A DNA stretch of 64,000 nt from the NCBI GenBank assembly GCA_031291955.1, contig JARLIA010000009.1, positions 1,772 through 65,771 on the forward strand. Reading direction: 5' to 3'. The position numbers and the translations under genes are program-made. How positions within the stretch are numbered: position 1 is the stretch's first letter; the number at the start of each line of letters is the position of its first letter. The DNA comes from Minisyncoccota bacterium (GTDB lineage Bacteria; Patescibacteriota; Minisyncoccia; Moranbacterales; UBA2206). Below the pieces are notes generated by a model. It worked only from the letters and a program-made list of their open reading frames with translations, searched no databases and was not told where the DNA came from. This document shows, in pieces, positions 9,511 to 18,215 of the stretch.

Positions 9511-10728
9511 ATGATATTCGACTTATTCAAAGAAACAATCTGGTCGCTCACCGGAAATAAAGTCCGGTCGGCTTTGACGATGCTTGGCATCATCATCGGT
9601 ATCGCCTCGGTCATCGCTATGGTGGCTATCGGCCAGGGCGCCCAAAATTCAATCGCCCAAAATATCCAGTCGCTCGGCTCCAATCTGATCATCGTCATGC
9701 CGGGTTCCCAACAAGGCGGCGGCATCAGCCAGGGCCGGGGTAGCGCCCAGACCTTGACCCGGGAAGACGCCACGGCGCTTGGCACTCTTCCGGACGTCCA
9801 AGCGGTCGCGCCGGAAATATCCCGCCGCTACCAGGTCACGGCCGGCGGCAACAACACCAATACCCAGGTGGATGGTTCCTTGCCGTCCTACATGCAAGTC
9901 CGGAACGTCCAAATCGATTTGGGCTCCTTTTTTACCGATCAACAAGTCCAGAGCGGCGCTAAAGTGGCCGTCTTGGGACCGACCGCCCGAGATGATCTTT
10001 TCGGCGCCGACGCCAATCCGGTCGGGGCTAGCGTCCACATCAACAATGTGGCTTTCACTGTGATCGGCGTTACTGTTTCCAAGGGTGGTTCGGGATTTAA
10101 TAATCCCGATGACTACATTTATGTCCCCATCACAGCCGACCAATATTATCTGGCCGGCGCCAACGCCAATTATGTTTCCGATATCAGCGTAGCCGCCACC
10201 AGTTCCGACACTATCGCGACCGCTCAACAGGAAGTTACGGACTTACTGTTGCAACGCCATAAAATTACCGACCCGACGGCTGCTGACTTCAGTATCCTGA
10301 ACCAGTCCGATATCATCTCAGCCGCCTCTAGTGTGACCGGCACGTTCACTACCCTACTCGCTTCGATCGCCGGCATCTCCCTTTTGGTCGGCGGCATCGG
10401 CATTATGAATATGATGCTCACCACCGTCACTGAACGGACGCGCGAAATCGGTCTTCGAAAGGCCGTCGGCATCCGCAAGATTTATATCAATTTGCAGTTC
10501 CTGGCTGAAGCGGTCGTGCTGACTTTTTTGGGAGGCGCCATTGGTATTCTTCTGGGCTGGATAACTTCGATCGTCGCCTCGCGACTTTTGAATATGACCA
10601 CGGTGGTTTCCCCTTCGGCAGTCTTTTTGGCTTTCGGCGTTTCGGCTGCCATCGGCATCATTTTTGGATTTTACCCGGCAAGACGCGCGGCCGCTTTGAG
10701 CCCGATCGAAGCGTTGAGATATGAATAG
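9511..10728 (+). CDS. ABC transporter permease (MacB/FtsX family)
   Basis: RSALTMLGIIIG, GGIGIMN, TERTREIGLRKA, PIEALRYE. Confidence 0.95.
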   Translation: MIFDLFKETIWSLTGNKVRSALTMLGIIIGIASVIAMVAIGQGAQNSIAQNIQSLGSNLIIVMPGSQQGGGISQGRGSAQTLTREDATALGTLPDVQAVAPEISRRYQVTAGGNNTNTQVDGSLPSYMQVRNVQIDLGSFFTDQQVQSGAKVAVLGPTARDDLFGADANPVGASVHINNVAFTVIGVTVSKGGSGFNNPDDYIYVPITADQYYLAGANANYVSDISVAATSSDTIATAQQEVTDLLLQRHKITDPTAADFSILNQSDIISAASSVTGTFTTLLASIAGISLLVGGIGIMNMMLTTVTERTREIGLRKAVGIRKIYINLQFLAEAVVLTFLGGAIGILLGWITSIVASRLLNMTTVVSPSAVFLAFGVSAAIGIIFGFYPARRAAALSPIEALRYE

Positions 10729-10762
10729 TCAGAACCACTGATTTGCACATGATTTCACTGGA
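10728..10762. repeat. Dispersed repeat gtcagaaccactgatt (other copies at 48329 and, inverted, at 48434-48445)
   Basis: 16-nt identity with 48329-48344, both followed by a similar cacatga...cactg. Confidence 0.6.
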
Positions 10763-10787
10763 ATTTAATTATTAATTTACAAATAAC

Positions 10788-11288
10788 ATGCAAGGAAAAA
10801 CTATTGCCATTATGATTGCAATAGCCGTCATCTTCGGGGCTGGCGGTTTCTATGGCGGTATGCAGTACGCCAACAGTTCGGCGGCTTCGCAAAAATCCAG
10901 CCGATTCGGCGGAGCGGGCGGTGGCAATTACGCCGCGATGCGCGGCGGACAGGGAGCGGGTCGCGGCGGAGCGGCGATGGGTGGCGCCAATGGTAACGGC
11001 GGATTTATTACCGGTCAAATAACGGCCGTAAGCGGAAGCAGCATCACTGTCCAAGAGCGTGATGGCAGTTCAAAGATCGTCCTTTACTCCGGCTCGACCG
11101 CGGTTGGAAAAACAGTCAGTGGCTCCGTTTCAGATCTGGCCGCTGGCGATAATGTCATGATCACCGGCGCCGCCAATTCCGATGGCTCCGTCACTGCCCA
11201 AAGCATCCAGATCAGACCGGCCGCGCCGAACACAAACGGCACACCAGCCAATCCGTCCGGCGGAAGCACTTCCAATTCAGGCAATTAG
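10788..11288 (+). CDS. DUF5666-like exported protein with Gly-rich linker
   Basis: N-terminal TM, GGFYGG, GQITAV..DLAAGDNVMITG..VTAQSIQ. Confidence 0.65.
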   Translation: MQGKTIAIMIAIAVIFGAGGFYGGMQYANSSAASQKSSRFGGAGGGNYAAMRGGQGAGRGGAAMGGANGNGGFITGQITAVSGSSITVQERDGSSKIVLYSGSTAVGKTVSGSVSDLAAGDNVMITGAANSDGSVTAQSIQIRPAAPNTNGTPANPSGGSTSNSGN

Positions 11289-11462
11289 ATTTATTCTTCG
11301 GGGGAAGAATAATGTTTCGCAACGCAAAGAGCGGGTTTTGTGCCTGCTCTTTGTAGTTTACAACCTTTAACCATTCTGCTCACGATTGATTTGACTTGAA
11401 ATCAGCTACGAGCTATCATTTTGACGATAAAACAATTTTCAAAAAAATCTATGGAGTTTCCA

Positions 11463-12143
11463 ATGAGAATCAACAAATATCTGGCGCAAAAAAATATCGC
11501 TTCCCGCCGTGAAGCGGACGAGCTGATAAAGGCCGGGCAAGTGAAAATAAATGAGCAGCCAGCCAAACTGGGCGATCTGGTGCAAGAAGCAGACCAGGTC
11601 ACTTTTTCCAATGAGAAAAAATGCGTCTATTACGCACTGAATAAACCCGCCAGACTGGTGACGCACAGCCCGCAGAAAGGCGAGAAGAGCATCCTGGAAA
11701 CCGTGAAATTTCCCGTGAAAGTTTTCCCGCTTGGACGCCTCGACAAAGATTCGCGCGGACTGATCATTCTTACCAATGACGGACGGGTGACTGATAAACT
11801 TTTGAATCCGGAAAATGAGCACGAAAAAAAATATCTGGTAGAAGTGAATAAAGCCATAACCAAAGAATTCCTGCAAAAAATGAGGGATGGCGTAAAGCTG
11901 GACGACGGTTACCGGACCAAAAAATGCGCCGTTAAACGCGAAATGCCAAACTTCTTCTCTATCACGTTGACGGAAGGAAAAAAGCGCCAGATCAGACGGA
12001 TGTGCTCAGCTCTCGGCTATCGCGTTGTCGACCTCGTTCGCACCAGCATCATGAACATCCACCTGAACGATTTGCCAGAGGGACAATTCCGGCCGATCAA
12101 AAAAACCGAATTGCAGAAATTCTTGCAGAATTTGGGGCTGTAA
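11463..12143 (+). CDS. rRNA pseudouridine synthase (RsuA/RluB/RluF family)
   Basis: S4 domain RINKYLA..SRREAD, GRLDKDS, EGKKRQIRRM. Confidence 0.92.
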   Translation: MRINKYLAQKNIASRREADELIKAGQVKINEQPAKLGDLVQEADQVTFSNEKKCVYYALNKPARLVTHSPQKGEKSILETVKFPVKVFPLGRLDKDSRGLIILTNDGRVTDKLLNPENEHEKKYLVEVNKAITKEFLQKMRDGVKLDDGYRTKKCAVKREMPNFFSITLTEGKKRQIRRMCSALGYRVVDLVRTSIMNIHLNDLPEGQFRPIKKTELQKFLQNLGL

Positions 12144-12166
12144 CGCCGAAGAAGAAAATTTTTGAG

Positions 12167-12664
12167 CTACGCTGTTCCGGTTTCATCCTTCACTCTTTCA
12201 TATTCCACCCAAGTGAGGAGCACCACGAAAATATCCAAAATCGTAAGCGTCAACATGAAAACCGACTGGTTCAAAAAATATTCATATGTTTGGTAGGCGA
12301 TAAAAATCAAAAAGAAAATAATAGCCGTCACATATGCCCATAACTTCTTTTCCCAAAGATTGACCACCAAAAATATTTTTATTATCCCATGCGCCAAAAG
12401 ATAAACGACACCGAAAACTTGCGCCCCGACCGTGAAATCATGAGCCAGATGTAAAAGAAAATTAGCTGCCACATCCCTTGGGTCCTCAATTAATTCGCTT
12501 TGAGTAAAATAAATCACCCAGCGATTAAGACTGGCGGGACTGATAAAGATCAAAATTACTCCACCGGCAATTTCTAAAATGCCGTCAATAAGCTTGACTG
12601 TTACGCCCACCTCGAAAGCGTCGTGAATAATTTTGCTTTTTTTGAGATACTTCCAAACACGCAT
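12167..12664 (-). CDS. DUF2127 family membrane protein
   Basis: KLIDGILE, ELIEDP, YLLAHGIIK, WAY. Confidence 0.75.
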   Translation of the reverse strand: MRVWKYLKKSKIIHDAFEVGVTVKLIDGILEIAGGVILIFISPASLNRWVIYFTQSELIEDPRDVAANFLLHLAHDFTVGAQVFGVVYLLAHGIIKIFLVVNLWEKKLWAYVTAIIFFLIFIAYQTYEYFLNQSVFMLTLTILDIFVVLLTWVEYERVKDETGTA

Positions 12665-12767
12665 AGAAATTTATTTCTTCTATTATAGCACTCTCCGAGA
12701 CCAGTCGAAACAACTCCCTGGATTTAGCAAATTTCCACTTTTGTGTTATGATACAAGTAATAAAACT

Positions 12768-13835
12768 ATGGAGGAACAAAAAATAAAAAAGAGGAGAAAA
12801 GGCAAAAAGAAAAAACGGGAAATTATTTATCTACTGGTCCTGACAATCATCTTGGTCGGATCCGGCGCATATTTTTTCCGGATAACCCATCCGAAAAAAA
12901 CTGTCAGCCAAAAACATTTTGTCCCTTCCGTCATTCCGCCGAAAGCCCGGAACAATCCACAAAGTCCGACTCAAATCTTTTTCGCCACCAATGGTAAAAG
13001 CACTATTTATAAAGTTCAGGAAGGCAGCAAGTGGACTGTGGTTTTCAATGGCCTGAAAAGCAAGGCCTATGATTATGTTTCCAACCCGGTTTTCAGTCCG
13101 GACGGCACTCAATTCGCCTTTAACGCCGAGATTGGCAATCAAGCTTACGTCATAGTTAATAACACCCAAATAATCAACGCCTACCAAAAAGCCGACAATA
13201 TCGTTTTCAGCCAGAACAATCAAACCATCGCTTTTCTGGCAGCCAAAAACGACAGCACCTACGTCGTCATCTCCAGCCAAGTTACAACAACTACCACCAC
13301 TGCCACGACATCCGTCACCCAAAGCAAGCCGATCCAGCAGATCGGCGCCGTTACTACCGCGTCCGGAGATACCACTTCGATTGTTATCAGCGCGGATGGT
13401 AGCCAAGTGGCCTATATTGTCCAAAATGGCAGCCAAACTTCAGTGGTCATCAACAATCAAACCGTCGCCACCTATGACAATATCTCCGATCTGACCGTCA
13501 ACAATGATGGCACTTGCTCATATCAAGCTCAAAACGGCGACCAAACGGTAACGGTTGTCGATGATAAAGTAACCTCGACCAACTCAAATCCTTCAACTGA
13601 TTCTTCTGGGTCCACCTCTTCAACCACATCTACCACTTCACTCAACACCACCTCATCTACTTCTGGCAACACTTCGACGGGCGGCACTTCGACTCAGAAT
13701 ACTTCTTCCAGCAACTCTTCTTCTCCCAGTTCCAAATATTATGATTACAAATATCAATATTCCAGCGGACAGGATCTCACTGCAGATCCCAGCCAACCAA
13801 ACTACTCCCCTTGTCAAAGCGGAAATTGCAACTAG
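12768..13835 (+). CDS. Membrane-anchored TolB/WD40-like beta-propeller protein with Ser/Thr-rich tail
   Basis: Basic N-terminus plus TM; FSPDG/FSQNN/ISADG repeats; S/T low-complexity tail. Confidence 0.65.
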   Translation: MEEQKIKKRRKGKKKKREIIYLLVLTIILVGSGAYFFRITHPKKTVSQKHFVPSVIPPKARNNPQSPTQIFFATNGKSTIYKVQEGSKWTVVFNGLKSKAYDYVSNPVFSPDGTQFAFNAEIGNQAYVIVNNTQIINAYQKADNIVFSQNNQTIAFLAAKNDSTYVVISSQVTTTTTTATTSVTQSKPIQQIGAVTTASGDTTSIVISADGSQVAYIVQNGSQTSVVINNQTVATYDNISDLTVNNDGTCSYQAQNGDQTVTVVDDKVTSTNSNPSTDSSGSTSSTTSTTSLNTTSSTSGNTSTGGTSTQNTSSSNSSSPSSKYYDYKYQYSSGQDLTADPSQPNYSPCQSGNCN

Positions 13836-13910
13836 CGTTTAAAAATGCCGCGAAATATTTGAACTTTCCCGACGTACTATTTGCGAAAGTTTAATTATTC
13901 AGACATCCAT

Positions 13911-14612
13911 ATGAACAAGCGAGTGTTGGCGGCAGTTGCGATTGTCTTCATAGGAATAGTTGTTTATTTTATCCAGACAAAAAAATATTCTTCTCCAACA
14001 GAAACCGCCGCTCCAAAAAATACCGCCTCTGTTTCCCAAAATTATTCTTCGCCGGCCGCCAATAATATTCCACTCGCACCAACCGCCGCCTCCAATGCTT
14101 CAAGCGCCAGCGGTTTCATGCCGCCGCTTCCCGACGCCAAGACTCGTGTCACTAAAAAACCCTTTGGAATATATATCACCCCCGCCACTTCTCCCGTCCA
14201 GCCGGAAAGATTCGCCGGTTACCACACCGGGGCCGATTTTGAAATTTTCCCGAGCGAACTGAACGCCACAGTGCCGGTGGACGCCGTCTGTAGCGGAAAA
14301 TTAGCACTGAAAGAATACGCCAGCGGCTACGGCGGCGTGGCGGTCGAGAGTTGCACGCTCGCAAGTCAATCGATTACGGTGATTTATGGTCACTTGAATC
14401 TGGCCAGCGTAAAACCCAACATCGGGGACGTGATGCCCGCCGGCCAACCCTTCGCCGATCTGGGCGCCAATAAAAGCGTCGAGACCAACGGTGAACGGAA
14501 ACATCTTCACCTGGGTTTTCACAAGGGAACGGCGATTAATATTTTGGGCTACGTCCAAAACAAGAGCCAACTGAACAATTGGATCAATCCATGTCTTTAC
14601 GTTTGTAAATAA
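13911..14612 (+). CDS. M23 family metallopeptidase
   Basis: HTGAD, YGHL, HLH; N-terminal anchor. Confidence 0.85.
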   Translation: MNKRVLAAVAIVFIGIVVYFIQTKKYSSPTETAAPKNTASVSQNYSSPAANNIPLAPTAASNASSASGFMPPLPDAKTRVTKKPFGIYITPATSPVQPERFAGYHTGADFEIFPSELNATVPVDAVCSGKLALKEYASGYGGVAVESCTLASQSITVIYGHLNLASVKPNIGDVMPAGQPFADLGANKSVETNGERKHLHLGFHKGTAINILGYVQNKSQLNNWINPCLYVCK

Positions 14613-14695
14613 TATTGGGGGGAATTATAAAAGGACGATTGCGTAAGACACAATCATCCCTTTTGATTTAATACTGCCAGAGCATCCGCTCCAGA

Positions 14696-15073
14696 CTAAA
14701 GCTGCATCAATTCACCCAGAAGTTTTTCCAAGGCTACAATGAACAAAACGGGTTTGGTTTTGATTAAATTTTCATCCGCCCCGATTAGCTGCTCGGCTAT
14801 TTCTTTCCCGCCCCATCCAAGATTGGAAATTGTTTCAAGAGCCTTTGCTCTTTGACGCGCACTGATTGAACATGAGCTTTTTATTTTCCCAATGAGTTCT
14901 ACCTTTTCAGTTATTAATTGAACTTCCTCGGGACTTTTCACTAAAAAAACAAGAAACATTATCAACCCCGGGTGCTCATCTATTCCAAACACCTTTAAAT
15001 CAGATGGAGCTATTACTGATTTCTTGCCAGGAACTTCTTTCCTTCTACTATTGATATCAATAACATCGCCCAT
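14696..15073 (-). CDS. Hypothetical protein
   Basis: 125-aa ORF with GAGGGAG Shine-Dalgarno; hairpin downstream at ~14630-14665. Confidence 0.6.
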   Translation of the reverse strand: MGDVIDINSRRKEVPGKKSVIAPSDLKVFGIDEHPGLIMFLVFLVKSPEEVQLITEKVELIGKIKSSCSISARQRAKALETISNLGWGGKEIAEQLIGADENLIKTKPVLFIVALEKLLGELMQL

Positions 15074-15220
15074 TATAATCTCCCTCTGATTATTATTTTA
15101 AGGTTCAATCCTCCTCAAAACTCCCTCCCAGTCTTACTAAACAGATTACCCCAACCAGCCGAAAAAGGCAAATAAAAAAAACGCGGTTTCCCGCGTTTGC
15201 GCTAAAAATATTCTCACTGT

Positions 15221-15592
15221 CTAGTTCGATGATTTCAGTTCGACTTTGGCGTTCATTACATCCACGACCAGAATTTTTCCAAGTAGCTTGAGCAGTTTCG
15301 TTCCGAGAAGAACATTACAATTTGGCTGAATATCGATTGTTGTTTCGATGCTTTTCCCGTCAACCTCGACTGTGCCGATGCAAACAAAATAATGCGAAAG
15401 AGACCCGTCCGCCAAAGTGCTCGACTGGATTCCGAACAAAACCAGTCCCAAAGGAAAGGCTTCCGCGTAAGGAAGCGTCAGGTATCCATTGAATCCCGTA
15501 TCCACCAGCGCCTTGATTGTTTTGGGCTGTTTTGAAATTCCGCTTATTTTTATTTCAACATAAGGGCTGTCGTTTTCAAAAGTTCCAACCAT
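15221..15592 (-). CDS. Clan AA (retropepsin-like) aspartic protease, AF_0612-like
   Basis: ALVDTGFNGYLTL, LADG, LLG. Confidence 0.85.
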   Translation of the reverse strand: MVGTFENDSPYVEIKISGISKQPKTIKALVDTGFNGYLTLPYAEAFPLGLVLFGIQSSTLADGSLSHYFVCIGTVEVDGKSIETTIDIQPNCNVLLGTKLLKLLGKILVVDVMNAKVELKSSN

Positions 15593-15863
15593 AGTTTACT
15601 TTTTTGTAATTGACTGCTGGTTTTTCAAGATTGCCCACCTGGACAATGAAAAACAACTTGCTGCCGAACTTTTTTTGCGCCTCTTCGACGGCAACCAGCC
15701 TGTCGGAATTTAAAGCATATTGCTTGGTCTGGACATCCAGCACCAAAAATTGGCCGCGACTGGTCCGCTCCAGGTCTTCTTTTAATTCATCGAAATAAAT
15801 CCTTTCTCCCATTTGAGTTATTTCCGCCGGGGAAAGTGATCTTGGACTATTTGTGGTCTCCAT
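15576..15863 (-). CDS. Small protein overlapping the aspartic protease gene (DUF5678-like)
   Basis: GQFLVLD..VG pattern; 17-nt overlap with protease start. Confidence 0.55.
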   Translation of the reverse strand: METTNSPRSLSPAEITQMGERIYFDELKEDLERTSRGQFLVLDVQTKQYALNSDRLVAVEEAQKKFGSKLFFIVQVGNLEKPAVNYKKVNYGWNF

Positions 15864-15955
15864 ATTGTTTAGAGTATATTAATTTCAAACAGCGGTCAAA
15901 CGTGAAAGTTATCATAGGTAATACACTCGGTAGCTAAATATAATTCCGATGTTTC

Positions 15956-16678
15956 CTATTCACCATAACTTCCCGGCGCATGCGTTTTGGCGTAATTGTT
16001 CAGCCAGTTTTGCTGGCCGGCGTCGATGCCGCCTTGGTAGAGTTTTGATTCACCCATAATTTTGTCAATCGGCCAGCCTTGGACGGCATAGCGATAGAGC
16101 GCCACCATAATTCCCGCCCGGCCGATGCCGCCGCGACAATGGACTTCAGCTGGCTGGTTTTCGGGTTTAGTTACGAACGCCAAGAATTGCTCAGCTTGAG
16201 CGTCGGTCGGTGGCGCGCCGTCAAGCATTTGGATTTTGAGATAATTCAAACCAAGCGCGGTGAAACCGGGAATTTTGGCATCATCGGACACTTCGTTGTG
16301 GTCGCCATCAATCCGCAAATCAACATCACTTTTCCAGCCATTAGCTTTCAACCATGTGAAATCGGCAATCGTCGGCTGGCCGCTGCGGGACAAAATGCCC
16401 GGTACCGGAATGGCAAACGACCAAAAGCCATAATCTTTCGGCGCGTCTGCCGGAACATTTCCCCGCGGCCCGACAAAATTATATTCCGGAGCAGCCGGAG
16501 CGACAGTCGGAGTTGGTTTTTGACTGGCGGTTTGGGCGGAAGTATTTTTATTTGTAATATTTTGAGCTTCCGGTGTGTTTTTCGGCGCCAAAGTTTTATG
16601 CCCGTAAAAAAGAAAAACCAACGCGCCAAGCACGATAACAACCATTGTGGGGAAAATATATTTTTTAGCTGTTTGCAT
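15956..16678 (-). CDS. Membrane-anchored protein tyrosine/dual-specificity phosphatase
   Basis: HCRGGIGR (CX5R), RSGQP, DLR; N-terminal TM and Pro/Thr linker. Confidence 0.85.
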   Translation of the reverse strand: MQTAKKYIFPTMVVIVLGALVFLFYGHKTLAPKNTPEAQNITNKNTSAQTASQKPTPTVAPAAPEYNFVGPRGNVPADAPKDYGFWSFAIPVPGILSRSGQPTIADFTWLKANGWKSDVDLRIDGDHNEVSDDAKIPGFTALGLNYLKIQMLDGAPPTDAQAEQFLAFVTKPENQPAEVHCRGGIGRAGIMVALYRYAVQGWPIDKIMGESKLYQGGIDAGQQNWLNNYAKTHAPGSYGE

Positions 16679-16717
16679 ATTGGTTTTGACTTAAAATGAT
16701 TTATTGATTATTTGATT

Positions 16718-18121
16718 CTACCGTGAATTATCCTTCACCAAACTCGCAGCGATAAAATTATTTCCCCGTTCCGTTCCAGTGACCTCCACGTCATCACCCT
16801 TTTGAACCACGTCCAAACTCAAGCCGGCTCCACTCTTGTTTACTACTCTGGAATAATTATACACTTCCACAGCATATAATCCGCCTTTGATGCTGACCGC
16901 CAGCTGACCGGCTTTCCCTGTACTGGCATTGACACTTTCTACCTTACCTTTCCATGCCTCCCTATCACCAGCTCCCCCGCCACCGGATTTCATACCGGCG
17001 GTCGCGTCGTCGACATTGACTATCTGGGGACTTCCCGGTGTCGGCGCGCCAGCCGGATAAGTAACAATTTGACGCGGCGTACCGTCGAGATTATTTTGAT
17101 CAATGGCGATCGTGCTGGCAAAACCATGAACTTTATAAACCCTGACCACTTGTCCGGTCGCCGGCACCGCTTCCACGACCCTGCCCGCGCCCGCCTCGTC
17201 AATCAAAATGTCACCGTTTCCCAGCATAGCCGTGTCGGTCGGATAATTAATATGGCTTTCGTCGGAAAGCTTGTCGAGATCCCAAACGATCTTTCCAGCC
17301 CGATCAACTTCAAAAACTTCACCTTTCAATCGATCGGAAACAATGAAATTATCTCCGTCCGGCGTGACATTCTCCAACCACTTAGCATTAGGCTTGGTAT
17401 ATTGCCAAAGAATTTTTTTGGTCGCCCGGTCAATCAGAATAACCTTATTTGCCAGTGTTTCCGTAATCAAAAATTCCTGGCCATCCTTCAACGGCAAGAC
17501 ACTGGTGTTTCCATCGAGTTCGTCCGGACCATTACCAAGAACGTGATATTGGCCATACTGCCAGACAATTTGGTTAGTTCTTTGGTCAACCACGATCACT
17601 TCCCGATCATTGCTATCATTAATTACTAATTCGTGATCATTGATCTTCCAGGCTTTGTGCGGCTCATCAAGTTTGCCGCCCCGATAAGTCTGAACACCGG
17701 CCGTTCCATACTGCCAAACCAGATTGTGCGTCTTGCGGTCAATCTCCTGCACCATCATGGCGTCGCCATATGAGTCAATCAGATTGCCGTTCGGCGCAAC
17801 CGTCACCCTTTCCACTCCGCCAATGAAATACCAACTCGAGCTCGGAAGCGGAGAGGCGGAAATGTTCTGCGCCCAGACCACTTTCCCCGCTGGATCAAAC
17901 CCGACCACGCGGTTATTGTTGAAATCGGAAAACCAAAGGATGGCAAAGCCAGGATCACTCAAGGGCAGCTTTTGCTTATCTGCCGCGGAAGATTCGTTTT
18001 GAGGCGGAATATTCTTATCAGGCCGCGCGTTCCATTGATTGTTTTTTTGACAAGCGAAAAAAAGCGCCCCACTTAAAGCTATGGCGATTATCCCGGTTAA
18101 GATTGACCAACGGCGACTCAT
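16718..18121 (-). CDS. Exported beta-propeller protein (PQQ/arylsulfotransferase-like) with C-terminal DUF5666-like domain
   Basis: Repeated I/VxWQY blades; possible lipobox FFAC. Confidence 0.65.
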   Translation of the reverse strand: MSRRWSILTGIIAIALSGALFFACQKNNQWNARPDKNIPPQNESSAADKQKLPLSDPGFAILWFSDFNNNRVVGFDPAGKVVWAQNISASPLPSSSWYFIGGVERVTVAPNGNLIDSYGDAMMVQEIDRKTHNLVWQYGTAGVQTYRGGKLDEPHKAWKINDHELVINDSNDREVIVVDQRTNQIVWQYGQYHVLGNGPDELDGNTSVLPLKDGQEFLITETLANKVILIDRATKKILWQYTKPNAKWLENVTPDGDNFIVSDRLKGEVFEVDRAGKIVWDLDKLSDESHINYPTDTAMLGNGDILIDEAGAGRVVEAVPATGQVVRVYKVHGFASTIAIDQNNLDGTPRQIVTYPAGAPTPGSPQIVNVDDATAGMKSGGGGAGDREAWKGKVESVNASTGKAGQLAVSIKGGLYAVEVYNYSRVVNKSGAGLSLDVVQKGDDVEVTGTERGNNFIAASLVKDNSR

Positions 18122-18215
18122 AGTTTTTCTTCGAAGTTACTCTCATTATATCCTAATTTTGGCGCAAAACAAGATTGGATGGAAGCATTTCATTTTTTTA
18201 TGTTAGAATGATTAC

